A DNA stretch of 58,798 bases. Source: a virus. Its lineage: Duplodnaviria; Caudoviricetes. The position numbers and the translations under genes were made by a program. Location: IMG/VR virus record IMGVR_UViG_3300006854_000006, positions 1 through 58,798 of that record; one strand, given 5' to 3'. The notes under the pieces were generated by a model, which ran no database searches, was not told where the DNA came from, and saw nothing but the letters and a program-made list of their open reading frames with translations. This document shows, piece after piece, positions 37,037 through 47,016 of this stretch. The number at the start of each line of letters is the position of its first letter. Within the stretch, counting starts at the first letter, position 1.

Positions 37037-38154
37037 TGCTTGCTCCCATCAAATCCCATCTGGGTGAGGTCTCGACCGTCACGCCCGTCTTTGCCTTTCG
37101 GACCTTCCGCGCCGACGGTGCCGTCTTTCCCCGCGCGGCCTTCCTTCACCATCAACTTCCAATCCGATCCCGTTCCCGGTTTCACTCTCGTCGACTCCGC
37201 ATTGCAGTGCCAAGCCGACCCGGCCCAAGTGACGACATCGCCACGGGCGTATTCGGTGCCCTCTTTGAAGATTTCGCGATAGATCATCGCCGGCATTTGA
37301 AAGCAGTAGGTTTTGGTCGATACCATCTCGCTCGTCTTCCAGATCTTTAAGACGAAGGAACGGTGATCCTCGTTCTGTTCGACTTCGATCTCGCGAATAC
37401 CATCGACGACCACGTCCCATCCCGCAATGATTCCGTTTTCATCCGCGGGAGTCGTCGTGGTCAGTGCCCGCAGTAAGCCGCCTTGATGTTTGGCAAAGGT
37501 CCCGCGCGGATAACTTTTCGCCGGATCGATCGCCGGCAGAATATCAATTTCGAGCGAATCCCGGCCGCGCTCGCCGTCGCGCCCATCTTTGCCATTAATG
37601 CCGTCGCGCCCATCGCGGCCGTCTTTACCGTCACGGCCCGGTTCTCCCTTTTCTCCCGTAATCGACAGTCCGGGCTCGCCGTGTGGGCCGCGTTCCCCGG
37701 GTTCTCCTTTTTCGCCACGCTGTCCTGTGACGCCGGGTTCGCCACGGTCGCCTTTCTCGCCCCGTTCCCCAGGCAGACCCGTGTCGCCTCGCTCTCCACG
37801 CTCGCCCGGCGCCCCTTGATCACCGCGTTCGCCCGGGTCCCCGCGCGGCCCGGACGGGCCAGGTTCACCTTTCGGTCCAGGCTCACCGCGTTCCCCCCTC
37901 TCGCCGCGCGGGCCGGGATCGCCTTTCTCGCCCTTCTCTCCAACGCTCGACGGCCCTTGTTCACCGGGCGCGCCGGGATCGCCCTTATCCCCTTTTTCGC
38001 CTTTTTCCCCGCGAGGTCCTGCCGGAATACTATTCAGCCGCCGATCGAGATCATCCAAACGCGTCGAAACCGCCACGAGCGCCGCCGAGACGTATTCGCG
38101 GACCAATCGACCGATCGACTTCGCGAGAATCGACAGGTCACTGCGTTCCATCAT
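37033..38154 (-). CDS. collagen-like (Gly-X-Y) virion protein
   Basis: About 50 Gly-X-Y triplets; C-terminal YARGDVVTWAGSAWHC..PG..DWKLMVKEGR. Confidence 0.9.
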   Translation of the reverse strand: MMERSDLSILAKSIGRLVREYVSAALVAVSTRLDDLDRRLNSIPAGPRGEKGEKGDKGDPGAPGEQGPSSVGEKGEKGDPGPRGERGERGEPGPKGEPGPSGPRGDPGERGDQGAPGERGERGDTGLPGERGEKGDRGEPGVTGQRGEKGEPGERGPHGEPGLSITGEKGEPGRDGKDGRDGRDGINGKDGRDGERGRDSLEIDILPAIDPAKSYPRGTFAKHQGGLLRALTTTTPADENGIIAGWDVVVDGIREIEVEQNEDHRSFVLKIWKTSEMVSTKTYCFQMPAMIYREIFKEGTEYARGDVVTWAGSAWHCNAESTRVKPGTGSDWKLMVKEGRAGKDGTVGAEGPKGKDGRDGRDLTQMGFDGSKH

Positions 38155-39593
38155 TGAAGAACCAGTTCTCCCTGCATTTCCGACTCAAAGAATTCGAGAT
38201 CCGCCGTGCTCAGATTTCTTGCCGGCGGCAGCGCCGGCGGAGTTGGCGCGGTCGGCAATCCGGCAAAGGGATCCTCCTTCGCATCGCGTTTCGCGAGCGC
38301 TTCGAGGGAATAGTTCTGCTGCTGGAGATATGGCGACTCGCCTCCGGCCACCGGGATGAAGTTCGCGCGGAAGCGCGCTTCGTTCGGTGCCATCCAGCCA
38401 CCGCCGACCGCTTTATTGTTCGAGTCATACAGCGCCGCCGTATCCATCCGCATCAGGTTCTCCAGATCGAGCTCGGTGCCCATACCCGGCGGCAAGGCGA
38501 GACCTTCGTCGAGCGACAGTTCGAGCGATTCGATCAAGGTCTGCAGGCAATCGGTGTAATACGACATGATCAGCGCTTCCACGTTCCCCGCATAGGGCGG
38601 CAAGGGTCCGCCCAATTTGAAGAGCGGATAATGGAAGGCGCGGGCGACATCTTCAACGGTCCACTTCAATTGTTCGATCAGTTGCGCATCGACGCCGTTC
38701 ATCGCCATGGCCTCATATTTCAGCCCATCGCCGAGGATCGCGACGCGGCCGACATTGAGGCCGCTGTAGCCGGCTTCCCAGCGCGCTTTCAACTTCTGCG
38801 CTTGTTCGTCCGAGATCGTCGAGGGCGACGTCAGAATGCCGCCGGGCCGCGCGCCATTGCCGAAGAGGTTCGTGCTGTTCTGCTGAATCCGGTTGCCCAT
38901 CGTCGCGGACATGCCACAGGCATAAATCGGGGAGATGCCGATCAGCGGATGCCATAAGGCGACCATCGTGTCGTGGATGATTTCCGAGGCGGGCACGACC
39001 GGATCATCGCTATCCTCGATATTTTTCAACTCATCGGTCCGGGCCAGGAGATCCCGCTTCAAGCGGTAATACACGTCGCCGTTCTCCGCCACGAGGGGCG
39101 TGACGCGCAGCGGATCGAGGACATAGAGCGCTGTCACGAGGCCGCGCTTATCCTGACGTTCTTTGAGAACGTAGGTATTGCCCTGGAGGAGCTTCGAGAC
39201 AATCCACTGCTCGAGGAATTTGATGCGCGTTTGAAAGTGATTCGGCTTGCGCAGGAGCGGCAGCCACGGCTGATTCGCCGTGATCTCGTTCCAGATCCCG
39301 TTATTGTTTTCCTCGAGCTTGATCCGCATCTTGCCGATATCGCCGGCGATCCCGGTGACACAGGCAAAGACCGCGGAGAAGGCGAGGATGCTCGTCTGCG
39401 GATCGAGGGTGACGTTCTGCTGCCAGGCGCCGGGATACGATTCGCGGATCGATCCGCCCCAGTAGGGCCAGGACCCGGAAAGCCACGTCGTGACCCCGTA
39501 CATGTTCTCCGGAACCTGCTTCACCTCCGGCGCGTCGAGCTTCAGCAGGATCAACGGAGGCTCGCGCTCGATATCGAAACCGAAGAGATTCAC
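38151..39593 (-). CDS. portal protein (HK97 family)
   Basis: SAVFACV..IAGDI, PNHFQT, LLQGNTY, EIIH, GISPI, NGARPGGIL, NEAR. Confidence 0.95.
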   Translation of the reverse strand: MNLFGFDIEREPPLILLKLDAPEVKQVPENMYGVTTWLSGSWPYWGGSIRESYPGAWQQNVTLDPQTSILAFSAVFACVTGIAGDIGKMRIKLEENNNGIWNEITANQPWLPLLRKPNHFQTRIKFLEQWIVSKLLQGNTYVLKERQDKRGLVTALYVLDPLRVTPLVAENGDVYYRLKRDLLARTDELKNIEDSDDPVVPASEIIHDTMVALWHPLIGISPIYACGMSATMGNRIQQNSTNLFGNGARPGGILTSPSTISDEQAQKLKARWEAGYSGLNVGRVAILGDGLKYEAMAMNGVDAQLIEQLKWTVEDVARAFHYPLFKLGGPLPPYAGNVEALIMSYYTDCLQTLIESLELSLDEGLALPPGMGTELDLENLMRMDTAALYDSNNKAVGGGWMAPNEARFRANFIPVAGGESPYLQQQNYSLEALAKRDAKEDPFAGLPTAPTPPALPPARNLSTADLEFFESEMQGELVLQ

Positions 39594-39820
39594 TCTTCAG
39601 CCTTCATATCGCGTCGGCGATAGGCGCGTCTTGCTTGCGGTTCGGGTTCCGGCCTGGCTTCGGGAGGCGTCGATGCCGGCTCGGCCACCTGCACACGGCC
39701 GAGAACGACGAGCGTGTCGACGTACTGCGGTTCGACATCGTAAATCTCGCCCGTCCGGCGGGTTTTCGAATCGTACTCGTGATCCTGCAATGCAAGTACA
39801 CGCACCATAACGATCTCCAA
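39590..39820 (-). CDS. small basic head-associated protein
   Basis: Between capsid and portal; ends RRAYRRRDMKAE. Confidence 0.7.
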   Translation of the reverse strand: MEIVMVRVLALQDHEYDSKTRRTGEIYDVEPQYVDTLVVLGRVQVAEPASTPPEARPEPEPQARRAYRRRDMKAEE

Positions 39821-39851
39821 AAAGAAGGGCTCCCGTCATCCGAGAGCCCTT
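39819..39851 (-). terminator. intrinsic terminator after capsid gene
   Basis: AAGGGCTC/GAGCCCTT stem followed by CTTTTT on the - strand. Confidence 0.7.
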
Positions 39852-39885
39852 TGAGGTTGAGAAACAACAGACTCCAGCGAGGAAC

Positions 39886-41814
39886 TTAACCGCCGTAGGC
39901 CGCGTTGGAAATGTACTGGACCGACGTCGAACGCGCCTTCTTCCAGTTAATGTACTTGTCGACCCGAAGACCGACCAAATTCCGCTGCCAGAACGACACG
40001 AGCGATGTTGTCTGCGGCGAGGCCTGCGGGTTGTCGTCCATGACGACGGAGGCTTGCTCGCTGACGTCGATTTGCGCCGGGCCGTCGTCGGCCAGAAGGA
40101 TTTCATCCGCGCGAAGAACGATGATCCGATTACCAACGGCCTGCGAAACAACGACCGGCAAACCGAGAATCGTGCCGCCCTTCATGTTGAGGTCCGGAAA
40201 CTCCGGCTGACCCAGGGGGTTCATCAAGAGGGACAAATTCAAGGCAACGGTCGCCGACATCAGGATGACCGTGTTCGTCGGGTCATCGTTCACGCCGAGA
40301 TAATTGGCGAAGACGGATTTCATGTCGGTCCGGAACGCCGCCGCAGTGGTGCCTGTGGCCGGGACCGCCGTGACACCGTTCGTGACGGAGGCCGGCGTCA
40401 CCGTGCGGTTATTGTTGATGATGGCCGCGACCGTCGGATCGACGAACTGCGTGTCGATGAATTGCGCAGTGCCCTTCACCATGTCGTCACGGATGATCGT
40501 TTCGGCCGAGGGATTCGAAAACCGCATCAGCTCCTGGGTCATGACGATGATGCCGGCGACCTTGGCCCAATCCAGACTGACCGCCGTGAAGGCGAGTTTC
40601 GTCACGGGTTTCGCCGCGCCTTCTCCTACCCATCCGTAGGTGCCGCCGCCGCTCTGTGCGGGGATCGTGATGTTGAAGGGCACACGGCGCAATCCCGGAA
40701 TCCGTCCCAACACGGAAGCCGGCCGAAGCAGTTCCAGGAATTCGCCCTGCATCTGCTGGGCGGCCGGAATCAACGGCGACGCCCACGTCGTATCCGTGGT
40801 ATTGCCGGCAGCGACGGCGGCGCGCAGAACCAATTCCAGTTCCGGCATGTCTTTGTAGTACTGCTTGGCGAGGTCCGCCGCGACATAGATATTGCCCTTC
40901 GCGTTGTAGAGGCAGATCGCATAGCGCGTGATCATCGTGCCTTTCGGCAGATTCGACTTCACCGTGATCACGTTCGAGCCGCCGCGGGTCTCGCTTGCCC
41001 GCGTCGCGTCATTGGTGTTCTGTGGGGTCACCAGCGTTGCGGTTGCGACGAGACGCTTTTCATGCGCGCGCAGGCGCACCAGGTGCTCGTCGATCGACTT
41101 CACTTCCGTCTCGAGACTGTCGTACTCCTGCTGCTCGGCTTCCTCCAATGTCCGGCCTTCCGTGCCGGCCTTATCCATGATCGCCGTCATGCGCGCACTC
41201 GAGGCGGCGCGCTTGTTTTCGAACGAGGTGATTTGCTCCTGAATCGTCATCGCTTTCCCTTTCGATCGGATGGCTCCCGAATCGCCGGGAAGGTTGAGGT
41301 TCAATCGGACCGTCGCGCGCTCACGGCCCAACGCGGCCCGCGCGAGAGTGTCCGCCGATTTCACAGCGGTGATCGTGGCTTCCGCATTCGCCGGAATAGT
41401 CACGACCGAGAGTTCGATCCATTCGGTGCGGATGAAATGGAAACCGCCCGTCTCGCGATCGTAGGAATCTTCGAGCGAGCGGAAGCCGATCGAGAATCCC
41501 GGAATGAGGCCGGCTTTGATGAGCGCCCAGGCTTCATCGATGAACGTCGCGACGCCGGCGGGCGCCACCTGAGCCTTGACCGTAATCTCGGTCTTCGAGA
41601 CTTTCGCCGCGATGACCTGGCCAATCGGCTGCCGGGAGTTGTGTTGATAGAGCAGCGGCAACGGCAGCTTGAACTCGACGCCCTCCGGTTCGATCACATC
41701 GTCCATGCGGTCCGGAGCGATCGACGTCGCCACGCCCTCGAGGAGGCGCTTCTCCTCGTCGACGGCTTTCCAGTGGACCACGGAATAGGCGCGGTTTATC
41801 ACATCGGTTTTCAT
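39886..41814 (-). CDS. fused prohead protease and HK97-fold major capsid protein
   Basis: Protease: LLYQHN..PIG, GFSIGF, ELSVVTIPAN. Capsid: WVGEGAAKP, KVAGIIVMTQEL, SFWQRNLVGLR. Confidence 0.95.
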   Translation of the reverse strand: MKTDVINRAYSVVHWKAVDEEKRLLEGVATSIAPDRMDDVIEPEGVEFKLPLPLLYQHNSRQPIGQVIAAKVSKTEITVKAQVAPAGVATFIDEAWALIKAGLIPGFSIGFRSLEDSYDRETGGFHFIRTEWIELSVVTIPANAEATITAVKSADTLARAALGRERATVRLNLNLPGDSGAIRSKGKAMTIQEQITSFENKRAASSARMTAIMDKAGTEGRTLEEAEQQEYDSLETEVKSIDEHLVRLRAHEKRLVATATLVTPQNTNDATRASETRGGSNVITVKSNLPKGTMITRYAICLYNAKGNIYVAADLAKQYYKDMPELELVLRAAVAAGNTTDTTWASPLIPAAQQMQGEFLELLRPASVLGRIPGLRRVPFNITIPAQSGGGTYGWVGEGAAKPVTKLAFTAVSLDWAKVAGIIVMTQELMRFSNPSAETIIRDDMVKGTAQFIDTQFVDPTVAAIINNNRTVTPASVTNGVTAVPATGTTAAAFRTDMKSVFANYLGVNDDPTNTVILMSATVALNLSLLMNPLGQPEFPDLNMKGGTILGLPVVVSQAVGNRIIVLRADEILLADDGPAQIDVSEQASVVMDDNPQASPQTTSLVSFWQRNLVGLRVDKYINWKKARSTSVQYISNAAYGG

Positions 41815-41822
41815 AGAATCCT

Positions 41823-43634
41823 CTATACGAAAAGCATCTGGTAGGTCGGCGCTTCCGCCTCGACCATCAAGCGGCTGATGCCGAAGATCGACGCCACGAC
41901 GCCGTCAATCCGCTTCACCGCCTTTTTCGGTTTGACCGGCTTGATCCGCCGCGCATCGTCGGTTTTGATCATCACGTTTTCAATGTTCCACCGCAGGCAC
42001 CGGTTGCCGTCATGGCTGATCCGTTTCCCTTTGAGCAGCGCTTCAAAGACGTGGGACGGTTCGTTCAGGTGGGTGTAGTTCTGCGGCATCTCGAGGATCT
42101 TGAAGCCGCCTTTGTCGCGCAATCGAATCGCAAGACTGCCCACGAAGGCCGGGTCATAGGCGATCTCGCCTTCTTTCAATTTGGGAAATCGTTCGGCGAG
42201 CTGGCAGAGGTCTTTGTAGATCCGGTCGTCGTCGATCACATCGCCCTCGGTGACGCGCAGCCAGCCTTTCTCTTTCCAGAGCGAATACGGCACGCGATCG
42301 GAGTGTTCGTGCTCGCGCATCGTGTTTTCCGGGATCCAGAAAAACGGCAGGAGATGCACGCGGTAATTGAGCGAGAGGATGACTTTTTCGATGGCGCCCT
42401 CGTCGGTCTCCCGCGGCACTTCGACCGCTTCCGGGACCGGCAGGTATTCTTTGAACGCCGCCACGAAGGAAAACAAATCCCATTTCTGCGCGCCGTCCAG
42501 GCCGCCGGCGGCGCTGAAGGTCTGGAGCACATCGTCGCCAGGTAGGGCGGATGGACAGGCATCCCACCACTCGACGGGGATCCAGGCCGTCGCCTGATTC
42601 ACCCAGCGGTTGAGCGAGTAGCGCAGGAAATCGTTTTTCTTCCGCGGCTCGTTCTGCGCGGCCTTGCATTCTCCGGCAAAGATCTCGGGATTGATCGTGA
42701 TGCCGTATCCGGGATTCGCTTTCTGGTGCACATCCTCGCGCGTCCAGTCGTCCTGGGGCGTGGCTTCGAAAATCACCGGTAGGTACGCCTCGTCATAGGC
42801 CGGGTTCTGGATCACGTTCTTCGCGTACTCGTATTCTTCATAGCAGATCGATTCGTCATCATCGCCGGCGTGCGAGAGCATGATCATCATCGGCTGCCGG
42901 CGTTTCGACATGCTCTTGCGCAGCGCCTCATAGAGATCCCGATTCCGCTGGGTATGCAGTTCATCGATGATCACGCCGTGCGGGCGCCGGCCGTGCTTGC
43001 CGGGCGCGTCCGCCGAGATGACTTTCAGAAACGATCGGGATTGCCGGAAGTAGATCGAATCGCGCGTGACGTCGCAGAGCTCGGCGAGATCGGCCGACTC
43101 CTCGACGTAGACCTTCGCCGAGTCGTGGACGACTTTCGCCTGATCTTTATCGCCGGCGAGCGCGAAGACCTCCGCCGCGGCCTCACCATCACAGCCGGCA
43201 AGAAAGAGCCCGAGTCCGGAGCCGAGCGGCGATTTCCCGTTGCCTTTCGGCACAAAGAGCAGGACGAACCGAAAACGGCGGGCGCCCGTCTTGGTGTTCT
43301 TCCACCCAAACGCCGGCATCACGACGAGCAACCGTTGCCAATCGAAGAGCGTGAAGGACTGGCCGGCAAACTCGCCGATGTAGTGCGCGAGGAACGTCGG
43401 GAAGAAATCACAGGCACGATCGGCTTCATCGCGATCAAAGTAATACTTGCCGTCCGGACTTTCCCACCGGTGCCGCTTCCCCTGCCAAACGGCCGGGATC
43501 GCCATCGTGACGCCGGGCCAACGTTCATGCGGTGCCGGCCCGTCGCCCCACCATCCCCGTCGGGACCTAGTGGACTTTCGGTTTGTCCGCGTCGTCAGCG
43601 GATCGACCACCGTCGATGACATTGAGCTTTCCAA
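41823..43634 (-). CDS. terL: terminase large subunit
   Basis: Walker A PKGNGKS, Walker B VIIDELH, ANP, YDP, RIDGVVA. Confidence 0.96.
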   Translation of the reverse strand: MESSMSSTVVDPLTTRTNRKSTRSRRGWWGDGPAPHERWPGVTMAIPAVWQGKRHRWESPDGKYYFDRDEADRACDFFPTFLAHYIGEFAGQSFTLFDWQRLLVVMPAFGWKNTKTGARRFRFVLLFVPKGNGKSPLGSGLGLFLAGCDGEAAAEVFALAGDKDQAKVVHDSAKVYVEESADLAELCDVTRDSIYFRQSRSFLKVISADAPGKHGRRPHGVIIDELHTQRNRDLYEALRKSMSKRRQPMMIMLSHAGDDDESICYEEYEYAKNVIQNPAYDEAYLPVIFEATPQDDWTREDVHQKANPGYGITINPEIFAGECKAAQNEPRKKNDFLRYSLNRWVNQATAWIPVEWWDACPSALPGDDVLQTFSAAGGLDGAQKWDLFSFVAAFKEYLPVPEAVEVPRETDEGAIEKVILSLNYRVHLLPFFWIPENTMREHEHSDRVPYSLWKEKGWLRVTEGDVIDDDRIYKDLCQLAERFPKLKEGEIAYDPAFVGSLAIRLRDKGGFKILEMPQNYTHLNEPSHVFEALLKGKRISHDGNRCLRWNIENVMIKTDDARRIKPVKPKKAVKRIDGVVASIFGISRLMVEAEAPTYQMLFV

Positions 43635-44082
43635 AGAAGCGTTGATGTTTGGGTTTTTCCACGGGGGCTTTCGTCACGGTCCGGACTTTCGAACGCGAGA
43701 CACTCGTCATGCCGAGCTCCGCAGATTCTCGCAGCGCGCGGCTCTTGAGTTGATTCAAGACGCGCTCGATCGCGAGTTTCTCCGAGCGGTCCAGGTTGCG
43801 GCGATTCTTCTCTTTTTCCCACCGCTCGATATCTGTTTCGGTCCGGCAGCGCTGGAGGAAGAGCGGCATGTCGGTCGCCCGCAGTTGGCCAGTGTCGACC
43901 ATTTTCCTCGCGTACGTTTGCCAGAGCTGCAGGCCGGCGCCTTTCAAATCGCGCGGCGGCGCCGTCGAATCCGGCGCTGGAACATCGGGCTCATTGTAGT
44001 TGACGCGCGAGGGCCGGGTTTCGCCTTTCGCGAGCTTCTCTTCGGTATCGGAGGCTTTTCGACCTTTCACGCGATTTTCCAA
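43567..44082 (-). CDS. terS: terminase small subunit (P27-like)
   Basis: GRK..KLAKG..PPRDL..W..ELGMTSVSRSKV; directly upstream of terL. Confidence 0.85.
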   Translation of the reverse strand: MENRVKGRKASDTEEKLAKGETRPSRVNYNEPDVPAPDSTAPPRDLKGAGLQLWQTYARKMVDTGQLRATDMPLFLQRCRTETDIERWEKEKNRRNLDRSEKLAIERVLNQLKSRALRESAELGMTSVSRSKVRTVTKAPVEKPKHQRFFGKLNVIDGGRSADDADKPKVH

Positions 44083-44142
44083 ACGCCCAATTCTGTCCGC
44101 GCGTGCAAACGACTGCCCAGCGGTCTAGCGGCGAAACGATTT

Positions 44143-44307
44143 CTATTTTTTCCCATCCCCCCACCGTTTCGGCTCGTCGGATTTTTGAAACTGAATCCTC
44201 GGCTTCGGATGAATCTCTGATTTCCGGTGATGACGCTCGTACCAGATGATCAAGGCGAGACCGAGACCTAGTCCCGCAACAAAGACCGCGATGCCGAAGC
44301 CTGTCAT
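44143..44307 (-). CDS. small membrane protein
   Basis: ATGA overlap with HNH; one N-terminal TM helix. Confidence 0.55.
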   Translation of the reverse strand: MTGFGIAVFVAGLGLGLALIIWYERHHRKSEIHPKPRIQFQKSDEPKRWGDGKK

Positions 44308-44672
44308 GTGAGCCGTTCCGTCTGTGCCTTGGCGTTGTGTTCGGATTCGCAGAGTGAGCGATGGTTCGCATGATCCCAGAACAAGCGTTCGTCTCCACGA
44401 TGGGGCGTAATATGATCCACGGCAAAGGCCGGCACGGCGCGTCCCTGACGGCGACACTCCCCTTCACACAGCACATGATTGCGCCTACAGCCTTCGACCG
44501 GACACTGGGCCTGGCGGATAAACCAATTCCGATATTGCTGCCAGCGGTAGTTATACCCACGCTCGGATGACGATCCACGATGGATGTCGTAGGCTTTGCG
44601 TTTGTGCGTTGGACAGGGCTGCCGTTGGGAACATCCGGCGTGACTGCATGGACGGGCCGGCGCCGACGGCAT
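44304..44672 (-). CDS. terminase-associated HNH endonuclease (HK97 gp74-like)
   Basis: RGYNYRW, VDHITPHRGD..LFWD..N..SLC..HNAK; position implies cos packaging. Confidence 0.9.
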   Translation of the reverse strand: MPSAPARPCSHAGCSQRQPCPTHKRKAYDIHRGSSSERGYNYRWQQYRNWFIRQAQCPVEGCRRNHVLCEGECRRQGRAVPAFAVDHITPHRGDERLFWDHANHRSLCESEHNAKAQTERLT

Positions 44673-44706
44673 CAGATCCACACCTCGATGTTTGTCACGC
44701 TTTCGA

Positions 44707-44887
44707 TCACCTCCACGGCAGCGGCACCCCGACGAGCAAGGCCATCAAATACAGGACGAGGATCACAATCACGATGACCCGCAGGATCTGCTTCGGCGGC
44801 GAAGGAATCGGCAACTGATCGACCAGCCAGATTGCGAGCCAACCGATGAGCGCAAGAACGAGAAGTTGAAGCAGGAGACCCGATCAT
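44707..44887 (-). CDS. small two-TM membrane protein (holin candidate), apparent 1-nt frameshift at codon 3
   Basis: Removing one G from ATG ATC GGG T gives MIGLLLQLLVLALIGWLAIWLVDQLPIPSPPKQILRVIVIVILVLYLMALLVGVPLPWR. Confidence 0.75.
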
Positions 44888-46041
44888 TTCAGCTTCCGCT
44901 CGAAAATATCCACCGCGCCATCGGGACGAGGTCGCAACACAAATTCCGATTTCCCCACATAGGGCGCGTAGTCGATCCGGACGTCATTATCGGCCGGCTT
45001 TTCGATCGGCGTCGGAATCGGCTTCGTCATCGGCGGCGCTGCCGGCGCATCGAGCTCCATCAGCCACGTGTTGACGGTTGTGCCGTCGTGCACCGAGTAG
45101 AGGGCGCGTGAACCATCACGGCTCAGTGCGGCCTTCGGTTGAGAGGTATACCCGCCGTCGCCGGCGATTTCACGGTACTTGCCACCCGTATCCGAGACGA
45201 GGATGGTCGGAGGCTCGAGCGCGAAGGGGACCTTCCAGAGTTGCATGGGCAGGAGCGGGTGCACTTTGGAGTAAGTCGACACGAGACAGAATCCCTGATT
45301 GCATGGAGAGATATGGAAGGCATAATCCCAGGGAAACTCCACAAGCTGTGTCTTCTGGAAATAGGTGCTCAGGTCCACCAAAACGAGGGCGTTCCGGTCG
45401 ATCGCTTTATCCGCGGCACTACACCAGAGGAGGACATCCTTCCTGCCGTAACGAGCGACCGTCGCGTGGCCGTTCGCCTCGGTCAGTTGACTGACCGTCG
45501 TGCCCTCACGGATAAACAGGCCGTCGGATTTGGAGATGATGGGATAGTTGGACGGTGAGATTTTGAGCCCGTCAATCGGTCCATCCAAGATCCAGGCCGG
45601 AGGATAGGAACGGGACTGGAGATCGTAGACCAACACTTCCTGGACGTTGTCTTTTCGAGTGCCCTGGAGAACCAGATGCTGGCCGTCTTCGGAGATATCC
45701 GTTTCGCCGCGGGACATCAACGTGACGCACTCCGGGAACTCCTGGATCCGAGCGGAAGTCATACTCGCAACATTGAACGTGCGCACTTGCGAAGGCGTCG
45801 AGTAACGGGAGTCCGTCAGGTAATAGAGTAGATTCGGATCGGTCCGAGACCACCGCGGTTCCTGCGCAGCCGCGATCGGAAGATCTCTCTGAAAGACGCC
45901 GTCGCCATCGCAGAGAATGAAATGATCGACGGCCACGAGAATCAATTGCGAGTTGTCGCAATTGAACGGACAGACCGACGAGTATTCATTCCCGGCCCAG
46001 TTGGGCGCCGCGGCGTGCGTGATCGGCCGTGGAATCGTCAT
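44884..46041 (-). CDS. beta-propeller (TolB/WD40-like) protein
   Basis: Blade motifs PFNCDNSQL, EPRWSRTDPNLLYY, DISEDGQHL, ALSRDGSRALY; Pro-rich linker. Confidence 0.75.
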   Translation of the reverse strand: MTIPRPITHAAAPNWAGNEYSSVCPFNCDNSQLILVAVDHFILCDGDGVFQRDLPIAAAQEPRWSRTDPNLLYYLTDSRYSTPSQVRTFNVASMTSARIQEFPECVTLMSRGETDISEDGQHLVLQGTRKDNVQEVLVYDLQSRSYPPAWILDGPIDGLKISPSNYPIISKSDGLFIREGTTVSQLTEANGHATVARYGRKDVLLWCSAADKAIDRNALVLVDLSTYFQKTQLVEFPWDYAFHISPCNQGFCLVSTYSKVHPLLPMQLWKVPFALEPPTILVSDTGGKYREIAGDGGYTSQPKAALSRDGSRALYSVHDGTTVNTWLMELDAPAAPPMTKPIPTPIEKPADNDVRIDYAPYVGKSEFVLRPRPDGAVDIFERKLK

Positions 46042-46280
46042 GTGCGCCAGACGACCCGTCCGTCTTCGTCCAACTCGATCACTTCGATTCGTTCCATTTG
46101 CACCGTTCGCAGGGAAGGCCCGAAGAGATGCGAATTCAAATCGGGATCATTGCTAGGCGTGGGCCGGGGAGGCAGGAGTTCGCCACAGCGGGCCATCCAC
46201 TGGATATCGTTCATATCCGGGGCGCGCTCTCGCCGAATTGCCCGGTGAAGCAATTGCTGTTTTGCTCGATTTGGAGACAA
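46038..46280 (-). CDS. hypothetical protein
   Basis: ATGA overlap with downstream gene; follows a putative late promoter region. Confidence 0.45.
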   Translation of the reverse strand: MSPNRAKQQLLHRAIRRERAPDMNDIQWMARCGELLPPRPTPSNDPDLNSHLFGPSLRTVQMERIEVIELDEDGRVVWRT

Positions 46281-46474
46281 GTGTTGTGTCGGGGGCTTGT
46301 TGGGAGTGATCCCGGGCCATTGGCCCTTGTGAGTTGTCAGCCTCTCGCTTAGGTTGTAGGGGTCCGATACATAGGATTCCTGTGTTCTTTTTACTCTATA
46401 TCACGGTCAATGTGTTTCGGTACTAGCACGGCTGTCAAGGGGTTTGTGGGTTCGAGCAACATCGGGACCCATAA

Positions 46475-47016
46475 TCAGCGCCCATTCGCATACGTCAAAC
46501 GCGTCATGTTCATCCGCTCCCGGACTGGCCGATCGAACAATCGCTCCTGCCAGAACCGCATTTCCTGCCTCCAGAAACGGTAATACGCGGAACGAAACAT
46601 GATGTTCTGCTCACGCTCCGAGAGTTTCTTTGCCGGCCGTCGATGCGCCGCGCGGAACTCGGAGACCTGATCGAAATTACGACCCGAGGTCCCGGAACGA
46701 CGGACGACCAGGAGTCCGGCAGACGCCGGCAACCCAGTCCGGAATTCGATCTTCCAGCGTCTCGGGAATGGCGTAGAAAAATCGCGCGATGTGCGGGCGA
46801 TCCTGCCCCCACTTCGCTTTGTAAAGATCGGCATTCCCAGTCCGCGAGGCTGATCTTGATTTCCACCTCCGTCGCATAGCCGGCGCGCGACACGAATACC
46901 AGGTCCGCGATCCCGCCGTCGATCGCAAACTGCGACATCATCCGCTGGCTCGACCAATCGAAGTAGCGGGCGAGCGCGAAGAGCATGCGCCCTTGATGCC
47001 AGTAGTTAATGCTCAT
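46475..47016 (-). pseudogene. PD-(D/E)XK (MmcB-like) nuclease with two apparent 1-nt frameshifts
   Basis: IADLV..EVEIKISLADW, then NADLYK..FFYAIPE, then AGLLVV..YYRFW in three frames; each break is an extra G in TGGG. Confidence 0.75.

Noticed and set aside
37560-38030. Low-complexity DNA repeats
   Set aside because: Fully explained by Gly-X-Y coding.
40054-41844. 596-aa + strand ORF (likewise 18624-20411, 21842-23080, 35507-36829, and 54421-55725 on the - strand)
   Set aside because: Shadow frames opposite well-supported genes.
39886-43634. Genome-wide GTG-to-Ser recoding to explain the odd tRNA
   Set aside because: GTG encodes conserved Val in the protease motif ELSVVTIPAN and the terminase motif IDGVVA, so the phage reads GTG as Val.
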